This document shows, in pieces, positions 1 through 7,995 of a stretch of DNA of 64,000 nt. Numbering within the stretch: position 1 is the first letter of the stretch; each line of letters starts with the position of its first letter. The translations under genes were made by a program, and so were the position numbers. The stretch is from Patescibacteria group bacterium (GTDB lineage: Bacteria > Patescibacteriota > Minisyncoccia > Phycocordibacterales > UBA9973), in contig JAGWLB010000004.1 of the NCBI GenBank assembly GCA_028865035.1, forward strand, positions 1,294 through 65,293, given 5' to 3'. Below the pieces are notes generated by a model. The model had not been told where the DNA came from, made no database searches, and saw only the letters and a list, made by a program, of their open reading frames with translations.

Positions 1-175
1 TCTTATTCATATCGATATTTATTGGTTTCCACAAAAGACAAAATTATATCTTCTCTGGGAACAAATAAATATAAACATAATGAACGATTAAACTGCAAAT
101 TAACATATGCATATCAATTTGTCAATTTCAAATATATATTTGTATATTTAGACTTACTTGAATTTAAACGAGTTG

Positions 176-703
176 TTACAACTTAAGATATTTAAAAAGT
201 AATTCATATTCTTTTGGGCGTGACACAAAAGACGTATCTTTGCTATCTATAATTTTTTTTAACTCAACACCGGAAATATATTTCACTTCTGATACTTCTT
301 CTTCCTGTTTTTTAACATTGTTCAAATCTAAATCCATTCTAACTACATAGATAGGGTTTATTTCATTATTTATAAATCCTTTCCTTGCATATTTTTGTTG
401 TATTGTTCCGATAAGAATAAAATCCTCAGCAGAAAGTCCTAAACCTAGCTCTTCACTTGCCTCTCGTAAAGCAGCTGTTATATTATCTTCACCCGTAGAT
501 ACATGCCCTGCAACTGAAATATCCCATTTATTGGGATCGCTATCCATCAATGGAGATCTTTTTTGTATTAATAATTCATTCTTCGAGTTAATGATCCATA
601 TATGAACAGATCTATGCCAAAAACCTTTTTCATGAGCTTCATTCTTGGAAATTTTAATTCCGGTTAAATTTCCTTCCTCATCACACATATCTAAATATTC
701 CAT
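176..703 (-). CDS. NUDIX hydrolase (IDI/YfcD-like, lacks the Idi catalytic Cys)
   Basis: Nudix box GHVSTGEDNITAALREASEELGL (GX5EX7REUXEEXGU). HRSVHIWIIN...LLIQKRS pattern resembles type-1 IPP isomerase/YfcD but has Ala in place of the Cys. Confidence 0.75.
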   Translation of the reverse strand: MEYLDMCDEEGNLTGIKISKNEAHEKGFWHRSVHIWIINSKNELLIQKRSPLMDSDPNKWDISVAGHVSTGEDNITAALREASEELGLGLSAEDFILIGTIQQKYARKGFINNEINPIYVVRMDLDLNNVKKQEEEVSEVKYISGVELKKIIDSKDTSFVSRPKEYELLFKYLKL

Positions 704-779
704 AATAAAATTATAACAAAAGTTCTTAGATCACTAAAGTAATAAATAAACATTATTATGTTCTAGTTAAGATGCTATA

Positions 780-1406
780 TTGACTAATACCAAGGAAATG
801 GTAATGTATAGAAAAACTATTCATTTAAATATAATTATTATGGAAACAACAGATATTCGTAAGAAACTGATTAGTCCTAAACTTTTGAGTGATCAAATTA
901 GCATTACTGAAATACCTAAAAAAATCTACGAACACTTCTATACAAAGAGAATTTCTGAAGAGATAAAAAGAATAGAAAGTGATGGAAAAATTAGATTATG
1001 GTATCGACTACAAATTAAACCTGAATATAAAAATGACCAGGTAATTGCTAGTTTTATAAAAAGAGATGATGGAGATGCTATTGAAACTAGATTTACTCTA
1101 ATGACATGGTATCCGCCTCTTGAGCGCTTCGGGGATCCTTATGATTTTGAAATTTTTTCTAATTTGCAATCAAGAGGATGGTCTCATAATGATGGTAATC
1201 GTTTTATAGAAGTTCTTTCTTATAGGACAAATACTATTAACAATCACGCTATTGAAGCAAATCATTCATTAACAGATTATGTAGCAATGGCATTAATAGA
1301 GATGAGAAATTTGCTTATGGACAAAAAAATTGTTCAGCAAGAATTTATTGATAATTCTCCCAGCCATATAGTTAATAATTCTGCAAAAAATAAAACAAAG
1401 GTGTAA
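780..1406 (+). CDS. hypothetical protein
   Basis: 208-aa ORF with no recognisable motif. Followed by a hairpin terminator. Confidence 0.5.
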   Translation: MTNTKEMVMYRKTIHLNIIIMETTDIRKKLISPKLLSDQISITEIPKKIYEHFYTKRISEEIKRIESDGKIRLWYRLQIKPEYKNDQVIASFIKRDDGDAIETRFTLMTWYPPLERFGDPYDFEIFSNLQSRGWSHNDGNRFIEVLSYRTNTINNHAIEANHSLTDYVAMALIEMRNLLMDKKIVQQEFIDNSPSHIVNNSAKNKTKV

Positions 1407-1500
1407 TATCCTTTGTTTTTTATTTCTAAATATTTATGTAATCATTTACGTATAGAACTATAACTCCATTTTTATATATATAAAATATTTAAATTAGAAA

Positions 1501-1536
1501 ATGACCTGTCGTATGACAGGTCATTTCTTGATTTTT
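1501..1536. terminator. rho-independent terminator (10-bp stem atgacctgtc/gacaggtcat, T-rich tail). Probably bidirectional.
   Basis: Perfect inverted repeat 1501-1510/1515-1524 followed by TTCTTGATTTTT. The complementary strand is also T-rich. Confidence 0.6.
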
Positions 1537-1682
1537 GGCTGTTTGTGAGTAGGTTGAACCATCATATCCTTAACCTTACCATCAAGACGTGGAGGACGAG
1601 TTAAATGGTTTTGTTCTCGTATGAGTTTCTTTTTATCAGCCACTCGTACGCTGCTTAATTTTTTAATTTTTAAAGTATTCAT
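1521..1682 (-). CDS. possible small basic protein (53 aa, MNTLKIKKLSSVRVADKKKLIREQNHLTRPPRLDGKVKDMMVQPTHKQPKIKK)
   Basis: ATG-initiated ORF below the ORF-track cutoff. Lys-rich, downstream of the secreted-protein gene. No recognisable family. Confidence 0.2.
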   Translation of the reverse strand: MNTLKIKKLSSVRVADKKKLIREQNHLTRPPRLDGKVKDMMVQPTHKQPKIKK

Positions 1683-1750
1683 ATATATAGTAACGCTAAT
1701 TAATTTGTATAAGATATCAATCTTTATAATCTATTTTATTTATTTTAGAA

Positions 1751-2614
1751 TTAAGTGGTCTGTGCCCTAAATCTCCAACTAAAGATTCCCCATTGCCCTA
1801 ATTCTTTGTCTGCTAGTTGCATTAAGCGTGTCTGTTCTGCCTCCATATTACGAATCTGTTCCATAAGAGTTGCCTGTACTTGTGCATTAGTAGATTCATT
1901 TATAAGTTTTTTAAGCTCCTGTATCCTAAGCATATTCTGCTCTTGTTCTTGCTGGATGATACGTGCATTTGTCTTATCGCCACCAAAGAATAGGCGTGCC
2001 CAAAATCCTCGGGATTGAATCCCTGCTTCTGCATTAATCGTTGATTGCACGGTATTATTTATTTGATTTGCAATTTGCATCGCTTGTGGCCCAACTGTTC
2101 CTAGTAAACCCTCCGAAGAATATATAGCCTGTACCGCAAGCCTAGTCCTATTTTGATTTTGTATAACTTCGCGATACTGTTGTGTTTCGTTAGTTGCCTC
2201 TTGGTTTAGTTCTTGTTCTCGATTCTGTATTGTATTCTGAAGTTGTTGAGGACTTCCTGCAGGAGTTCCAGGAGTTTCTAAATCAACATTTATAATGTTT
2301 CTGTTTTGCTGTTGCATCTGGTTTTGGCTTGGCACTGCAGTAGTTGTACTACTTGTGGGATCCTGTATACGATCCTGGTCCCGTGTTTGATCTTGAATAG
2401 GTTCGTCTCCTGTGTGGGTAGTAGGATCTTGGATTCTATCTCTATCCTGTATTTGATCCCCAGAGCCTGAACCTGAACCTGCTGCTGTTGTGCCACTTCC
2501 ACCTGCTGACCCACCTTGTGCAAACACATCATGTTGTGCAAAAGACAGCGTAATTATAAGTGCTAGAGTAAACGTAAACATGAACGTATTTAATTTTTGT
2601 TTTTTATTTTTCAT
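1751..2614 (-). CDS. secreted low-complexity repeat protein (signal peptide, G/S-rich tract, DRIQDPT-type tandem repeats, Q/N-rich coiled region)
   Basis: N-terminal hydrophobic signal MKNKKQKLNTFMFTFTLALIITLSFAQ. Repeats DQIQDRDRIQDPTTHTGDEPIQDQTRDQDRIQDPT. Confidence 0.6.
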   Translation of the reverse strand: MKNKKQKLNTFMFTFTLALIITLSFAQHDVFAQGGSAGGSGTTAAGSGSGSGDQIQDRDRIQDPTTHTGDEPIQDQTRDQDRIQDPTSSTTTAVPSQNQMQQQNRNIINVDLETPGTPAGSPQQLQNTIQNREQELNQEATNETQQYREVIQNQNRTRLAVQAIYSSEGLLGTVGPQAMQIANQINNTVQSTINAEAGIQSRGFWARLFFGGDKTNARIIQQEQEQNMLRIQELKKLINESTNAQVQATLMEQIRNMEAEQTRLMQLADKELGQWGIFSWRFRAQTT

Positions 2615-2923
2615 AATATTTAATAGTTAATATTAATAGCACTATTTTAATTTTCGTATTGATATCTAAATATGTCCATAATTTTCAATGAAAATTATGG
2701 ACTCTAAAAAAACACTTATTTTACAATGAAAAATCACCGACAAAATGACAACAAAAAAGTTGTCATTTAATGATTATTAATTATCATATTCCTTTGCATG
2801 ATTGAATAATTCTAGCCATGAATATTATGCTTCCAATTTGGCTTCTTAGTTTTAAAAAGTAAATATTAGACTGAAAAATTTTTTTAACATTTCTACGAGT
2901 TTGAAACAAAATTTTAAATAAAA

Positions 2924-2952
2924 AAACTAGCAAAACTTCCGCTTTGCTAGTT
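2924..2952 (-). terminator. rho-independent terminator for the 2973..3680 gene
   Basis: Stem ctagcaaa/tttgctag. On the minus strand it is followed by TTTTTTTATTT. Confidence 0.6.
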
Positions 2953-2972
2953 TATATTGTAATAAAAAGATA

Positions 2973-3680
2973 TTAAGTTTCTTTTTTCAATGACTTTATT
3001 CCAGTTTCAATAAATGCATCTCTTGTTAAATTAGGAATAACAATTCTGCCCTCGACAATCTGAATTTGAACATCAGTTGAATAGAATTCGACATTACTTT
3101 GTTTCATATTGTCAAATATCTGTCCCAGCATTTCTCTCAACGAAAGCCTTTTTAAAACAAACTCATCCATTATTGTTTCTAATCGATTACCCAGTTTGTT
3201 AAGACGAACCAACTCTAAGTTAAAAACTTCAGTAGGTTCATTCACTTTTTCAGGTGGTTCAATAAGTTTTCCATTTCCATTTTTGTGGATTACTGTATCT
3301 AACAGTTCTCTGGGAACATCAACTTTTTGATCACTTTTATAGCTACCATCTTCCTGGTCACTAATATTTGATAAATTACCTGAAACAGAGTTAAGAGTTC
3401 TTTTCTTTCTTTCATCGAATATCCATGACTTATTAACAACACTAATTGAATCTCCTTTGATTTCAATTAAGGAACCAGATGGTAGTTTTTCTCTAAAATC
3501 TTTACATAAAGATTCCATACTTTCCTGAAATCCTAGTGTTAAACCTAAAACAGAAAACCTTTTATCCTTATTAGCGATTATTAGTCTAAAATCCCCTTTT
3601 CCAGTTTTTGGATCATATCCTTTTAACTCTTTGTTGTATAAAAGATTTTTAGCAATCTTTTTAGCTTCATTTACGTGCAT
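2973..3680 (-). CDS. hypothetical protein (235 aa)
   Basis: ORF only. Diverges from the XRE gene. A 19-bp inverted repeat lies 20 nt upstream of its ATG. Confidence 0.5.
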   Translation of the reverse strand: MHVNEAKKIAKNLLYNKELKGYDPKTGKGDFRLIIANKDKRFSVLGLTLGFQESMESLCKDFREKLPSGSLIEIKGDSISVVNKSWIFDERKKRTLNSVSGNLSNISDQEDGSYKSDQKVDVPRELLDTVIHKNGNGKLIEPPEKVNEPTEVFNLELVRLNKLGNRLETIMDEFVLKRLSLREMLGQIFDNMKQSNVEFYSTDVQIQIVEGRIVIPNLTRDAFIETGIKSLKKET

Positions 3681-3700
3681 AAAAATAGTTTTTAGATGAA

Positions 3701-3757
3701 TTAATATTGTTTATTGATTAAATAATCTTGCTCTCCAATAGTGAAGTTCAAGATTAT
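3701..3757. promoter_or_regulatory. 19/20-bp inverted repeat (ttattgattaaataatcttg ... caagattatttaatcaatag) with a 17-nt spacer. Candidate operator or 5'-UTR hairpin.
   Basis: Read directly. The arms are 3701-3720 and 3738-3757 and match in reverse complement at 19/20 positions. Lies in the divergent region between the 2973..3680 gene and the XRE gene. Confidence 0.5.
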
Positions 3758-3943
3758 TTAATCAATAGCAATAAGATTGTGGTTTATTTAAAAGAACGAA
3801 TATTGTCGAATACTATCATAAAATAAATTTAAGTCAAATTAGTTAAAAATATATTTAAATTCTCACTCACCTCCCATATGTCTTAACTAATGCAGTATAC
3901 CCTGCCTTATTTCTTCTTATCAATTTAGTTATATTAAAATCAT

Positions 3944-4165
3944 ATGAAAAACACAAAATTTTTACATCCAAATACATTAAAGGAACATAGGTTAAAAGCA
4001 GGTCTTACACAAAGACAAGTATCCAGTTATATGGGATTTAATAGCGAAGATAGGATCAGTCGTTGGGAACAAGGACAAGCCTTCCCTAGTCTTCAGAATA
4101 CATTGAAATTAGCGAAGTTGTTTAATGTGCATCCTGGAGAATTGTATCCGGAGTTGAATATTTAA
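3944..4165 (+). CDS. XRE-family (Cro/C1-type) HTH transcriptional regulator
   Basis: LKEHRLKAGLTQRQVSSYMGFNSEDRISRWEQGQAFPSLQNTLKLAKLF is a typical HTH_XRE helix-turn-helix. Confidence 0.8.
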   Translation: MKNTKFLHPNTLKEHRLKAGLTQRQVSSYMGFNSEDRISRWEQGQAFPSLQNTLKLAKLFNVHPGELYPELNI

Positions 4166-4301
4166 GCCAGATAGTAAACTTGACTTTTACCTAATATTAA
4201 GTATAATGAAGCAAAACAAATACAGGTTGATTTTTGGAGCCATTCCTAAATAAATGGATTCAGTAATCAACCTATATTTTGAAACTTATAAACCTTAAAA
4301 A

Positions 4302-4889
4302 ATGGAAAAAACGTCTTCTTTATCTAAAGGATTTGATCTTTTAGAATTTTGCAAAAAATACGACTTGGATCTTCAACGCACAGCTAATCAGCTGGGAGTA
4401 AAGATTCCTAAAGCCAAATTTAAAAAAGTCAGGCAGTTATCTGAAGCAAAAAATGGGCTTATGAGAGCCAGTGGTGATAACAGCGATGAAGTTAAATTTT
4501 ATGCTGAAAAGTGGATTGAATTAGCCACTTGCCCGGAAGAACTTTCAGATATTTTTGATGAATTGAGTGCAGATAAAGCTCAAGGAAATGACAACAGGGG
4601 TGAACTTTACACAAAAGCGAATAATAAGTTCAAAAAATTATGTTTCGCTAAAATTAAAACCTCAAATTTACAGGAATTAAAAGATTTACATCTTTTAATA
4701 AAAGACCGGGCGTATGAGAAAGTTGATATTGAGCTTTTTAAAAAATGGGGAGATAAAGCACACAACCTTAAAGAATTGGCTGAACTTCATGAGGCACTCG
4801 ATGATTATTTAGGATTAGAACCTTTTGATAAATTAAGTAAAGATGTTTTGGTAAGACTAGCCAGTTTCCATGGGTTTGAACCCAAATAA
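4302..4889 (+). CDS. hypothetical protein (195 aa)
   Basis: ORF with a terminator downstream. No recognisable motif. Confidence 0.5.
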   Translation: MEKTSSLSKGFDLLEFCKKYDLDLQRTANQLGVKIPKAKFKKVRQLSEAKNGLMRASGDNSDEVKFYAEKWIELATCPEELSDIFDELSADKAQGNDNRGELYTKANNKFKKLCFAKIKTSNLQELKDLHLLIKDRAYEKVDIELFKKWGDKAHNLKELAELHEALDDYLGLEPFDKLSKDVLVRLASFHGFEPK

Positions 4890-4904
4890 AGCAAGTTCCT
4901 AAAA

Positions 4905-4938
4905 CTGTTACTTATAATAAATGAGTAACAGTTTTTTT
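4905..4938 (+). terminator. rho-independent terminator
   Basis: Stem ctgttact/agtaacag followed by TTTTTTT. Confidence 0.65.
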
Positions 4939-5019
4939 ATTGCCTAACAATATGCTTGAGGTCAATTAAGGATTATTCCCTTTCTTATACTTCCCTATTT
5001 ATTTGTTTATATTATTCAT

Positions 5020-5256
5020 ATGAACAAATATTATAAAAAGGATGAGGACACTATTATTAGCCCAATGAGAACAGAAAAAGAATTATTAAATTTAGAAGAC
5101 AATTTGCATACAGATGAAATAGCAGAAACTATGAATGAGTTAGGTAGTGTTTTACAGAAAATACGCAATCGACTTATCAAAGAAGGTTATAGGATTGAGG
5201 ATGGTGTGTTATATTCACCTGATGGAAGTGTGGAATATAGAGGACCCAAAAGATAG
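5020..5256 (+). CDS. hypothetical small protein (78 aa)
   Basis: ORF only. Confidence 0.4.
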   Translation: MNKYYKKDEDTIISPMRTEKELLNLEDNLHTDEIAETMNELGSVLQKIRNRLIKEGYRIEDGVLYSPDGSVEYRGPKR

Positions 5257-5502
5257 ATCTGTTATTTTTAAATTATAGATATATCAAATGTTAAATATAA
5301 TATCAGGTGTACCACACACAACCTGCCCTTCAGAATTGCAAATCTACCCTCCAAAATACACTGAAGAGTATAAGACGAATTAAGTAATTATAGTAAGGAT
5401 CACTCACACTAAGTATGTGAAAAACTATGATATAATATCATTGATAATATTTTAGATAGGATGAGAGGTGTCTTTCTTAAGTCCTCCAAGTGACTCATAT
5501 AT

Positions 5503-6366
5503 ATGTGGATACCAGATGAAATGAAAAAGTGTGTTGCCTTTCTTTGTATAAAAAACAAAGAGGGAGTAATAACACCTGGAGGAACTGGGTTTTTTATCTC
5601 TGTGGCATCTAAAACAAATTCTAATAGGATTTACACATACTTTGTAACCGCAAGGCATAATATTATTGCAATAGGACAAAAAGATTTTTGGCTTAGAATA
5701 AATAGTAAGGACGGAAAATTATTAGAATTACCTGGTAATAGTAATGTTAAGTGGTTCTATAACCCTAATCATGAACAAAACCCTGCCGATGTTGCTCTTA
5801 TGCGATTTCCTATCTTTGAGAATAAAATTGACGCACTAGCAGTTCCTCCACCTATGTATGAAAAGACTGAGGAGTTGATAAATAGTGGAGAGCTTGGAAT
5901 CGGAAACGAGGTTTTTATAACTGGTCTTTTTACTAGACTTTCAGGGAAGCAAGAAAATTTACCTATTATTAGAATGGGTAATATTGCTATGATTCCTAAT
6001 GAAAAGGTTCCTACTAAAGATTTTGGCAACATGGACGCTTATCTTATTGAAGCTCGTTCAATTGGAGGTGTTAGTGGTTCTCCAGTATTCTTTTGCAAGC
6101 CTCAACAAACCAATAAGGGATTTATACCTGGTGTTGAATTTTATTTAGGAGGTCTTATACATGGCCATTGGGACACACTAGAAGAAAATATAGACTCTTT
6201 TTTAGCAACTGAGGATGCAAAAGAGAGTAAGAATATAAATATGGGAATTGCGATTGTAACACCAATAGCAAAAATTATAGAGACATTAAATTGTGAAGAA
6301 CTAATGCAAGAGAGAGTAGAGAATGATAAACTAATGGAAAAGGGAAACACCCCCATTGCCGATTAG
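5503..6366 (+). CDS. cytoplasmic trypsin-like (chymotrypsin-fold) serine protease
   Basis: Catalytic triad context: TARHNI (His), NPADVALMRF (Asp), GGVSGSPVF (Ser in a GxSGxP motif). No signal peptide and no PDZ domain. Confidence 0.7.
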   Translation: MWIPDEMKKCVAFLCIKNKEGVITPGGTGFFISVASKTNSNRIYTYFVTARHNIIAIGQKDFWLRINSKDGKLLELPGNSNVKWFYNPNHEQNPADVALMRFPIFENKIDALAVPPPMYEKTEELINSGELGIGNEVFITGLFTRLSGKQENLPIIRMGNIAMIPNEKVPTKDFGNMDAYLIEARSIGGVSGSPVFFCKPQQTNKGFIPGVEFYLGGLIHGHWDTLEENIDSFLATEDAKESKNINMGIAIVTPIAKIIETLNCEELMQERVENDKLMEKGNTPIAD

Positions 6367-6481
6367 TTGTTAGTTATATAATTTCGCGTATGAATAAAAA
6401 ATAGTTTTTAATTGATTGTTAGATATACCATTGAGTAACCATTTGTGTAAATAATTCGAATTTAAGTGGTAAATATAAGTA

Positions 6482-7165
6482 TTAAGCTGCTTTAATAAGT
6501 TTATAGTTATCAATATTTTGATTAATCCTTATTGCATGCTCAATATAGTAATTTACATTTACCCTAAAATTATCCCATGTAACTGGGTAAATATACGAAT
6601 GATCATCACCAGTATGAATCACACCACATATTCCATTAGGGCATCCTATAGTTTTGGGTTGTATCCTGTTGAACATATTACCTCCTAGAATTTTAAATAA
6701 AGTATCTTGTTTCCATCTAGTATTATTACAATTAGTGCATCCTGATGGCTCAACAAAATATTCATAACTTCCATTTTCGTCTGGAATAACTACAGCCAAC
6801 ATGGCATTAGTTCTACTTTTCCTATCCCATCTTGTTTTTTCTCTTAAAGAATAAGCTATTTCCCAGGGTATCCATTGATCTGTCTCGGGCATATAATTAT
6901 CTTTCATATTTTTAGAAATTAAGACTATTGTAACAGAGCTATCATAAATTTTATCTCGTAAATTAGAAGCAATCGTATCGTCTTTAAATCCACTCATATC
7001 TTCTCCGTCATCTTCACCTTTATTTATGTGATCATTAGAATCTATAAGACCTTGAATAAAGTCAACATAGTGTCTAACTGTTGTGGGGTCGTTTTCTCCG
7101 TACCTAGGAATATGTAATACACTAGAATCGCTATATTTATAACTTACAAAAATTTTCCTGGCCAT
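6482..7165 (-). CDS. TIR-like domain protein, ThsB-like (DUF1863-type)
   Basis: N-terminal MARKIFVSYKYSD, then SSVTIVLISKNM and DQWIPWEIAYSL. These parallel the ThsB/TIR-like motifs (K/R)(I/V)F(I/F)S(Y/F)xxxD, VxxVLIxxxT and RWVxYEI. The start codon overlaps the upstream gene by 4 bp (ATGA). Confidence 0.65.
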   Translation of the reverse strand: MARKIFVSYKYSDSSVLHIPRYGENDPTTVRHYVDFIQGLIDSNDHINKGEDDGEDMSGFKDDTIASNLRDKIYDSSVTIVLISKNMKDNYMPETDQWIPWEIAYSLREKTRWDRKSRTNAMLAVVIPDENGSYEYFVEPSGCTNCNNTRWKQDTLFKILGGNMFNRIQPKTIGCPNGICGVIHTGDDHSYIYPVTWDNFRVNVNYYIEHAIRINQNIDNYKLIKAA

Positions 7166-7168
7166 AAT

Positions 7169-7645
7169 TTATATAAAAAAATAAATAATAATTAAAACTA
7201 TAATTAAAGAAAGATAAAAAAATGATATAGTATTTGCACAAAAAGTAGCGCAAAGATTATTCCCTATCTCATTTCTATAGGGTTTTGTATTCATTGAAAA
7301 ATCAATTTCCTTTCCTTCAAGTTTTCTTACATGATTATACAAACTACGGAACAATCTTTCTTCAAGTAGATAATATCCATCTAAAACCCAAAAAATAAAA
7401 ATCGGAAATAGAGCAAGCCAAATATACTTATGATTGGCATCTTTTGCAGACAAAGCAAAAATACCCGCAATAAGAGTAATAGTCCATCCTTTTAACAAGA
7501 AAGAATTAACTGCCATTCTTGTAATAATTATCTGTATAAAATCCAAATGTTTATGTTTATCTGATATATCTGTCATATTTTCATCATTTATTGCAAAAAA
7601 TAATAACAATTTAATTGTATGCCTATTTACATAGAAATCAAGCAC
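7169..7645 (-). CDS. small multi-pass membrane protein (about 3 TM). Candidate membrane effector coupled to the TIR-like gene.
   Basis: Hydrophobic helices WTITLIAGIFALSA, YIWLALFPIFIFWVLDGYYLL and ISFFYLSLIIVLIIIYFFI. Translationally coupled to 6482..7165. Confidence 0.55.
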   Translation of the reverse strand: MLDFYVNRHTIKLLLFFAINDENMTDISDKHKHLDFIQIIITRMAVNSFLLKGWTITLIAGIFALSAKDANHKYIWLALFPIFIFWVLDGYYLLEERLFRSLYNHVRKLEGKEIDFSMNTKPYRNEIGNNLCATFCANTISFFYLSLIIVLIIIYFFI

Positions 7646-7760
7646 ATAAATTAAATTAAAAGTTCGACTCCCTGTAGGGTTTAACTCAAATTGTGGGAAA
7701 TAGCAATTTCTATATCCTTTATTTTAAAAGGATATTTACTTACTTGGTAGATATACCATT

Positions 7761-7835
7761 GGGTGACCCTACAGGGAATCGAACCCTGATTACCGCCTTG
7801 AGAAGGCGATGTCCTAACCGTTAGACGATAGGGCC
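7761..7835 (-). tRNA. tRNA-Glu (anticodon CUC)
   Basis: Reverse complement is GGCCCTATCGTCTAACGGTTAGGACATCGCCTTCTCAAGGCGGTAATCAGGGTTCGATTCCCTGTAGGGTCACCCA. Cloverleaf with acceptor GGCCCTA/TAGGGTC, anticodon loop TTCTCAA and TTCGATT T-loop. Confidence 0.85.
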
Positions 7836-7840
7836 ATGCA

Positions 7841-7880
7841 GCGATGTCCGCTATATTCTAACTTGGTTAGACGATAGGGC
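7841..7880 (-). repeat. degenerate partial copy of the tRNA-Glu 5' region (gcgatgtcc...ttagacgatagggcc) directly upstream of the tRNA
   Basis: Identical 9-nt and 15-nt blocks shared with 7805-7835, with a diverged insert between them. Confidence 0.6.
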
Positions 7881-7995
7881 CATATGTACACGCAAGAAAA
7901 ATATAGCATTTTTATATGAAAAATCAAAAATAATTTATCATAAAAAAAACAGCCACACATAGTGTAGTGACTGGTTTTAAGATTATAAATAATTG

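Noticed and set aside
1755-2541. ORF-track entries 1755..2018(+) and 2290..2541(-) inside or antisense to the secreted repeat-protein gene
   Set aside because: They overlap the longer signal-peptide-bearing ORF 1751..2614 entirely and have low-complexity, Cys-rich or odd composition. Judged frame artefacts of the repeat DNA.
3109-3330. 73-aa plus-strand ORF antisense within 2973..3680
   Set aside because: Fully embedded antisense ORF with no RBS and no motif.
5452-6356. Minus-strand ORFs 5452..5679, 5769..6032 and 6141..6356 overlapping the protease gene
   Set aside because: Antisense to a protease ORF with intact catalytic motifs. Cys/Phe-rich or hydrophobic composition typical of AT-rich antisense frames.
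7434-7634. 66-aa plus-strand ORF inside the membrane-protein gene
   Set aside because: Embedded antisense ORF. Spurious.
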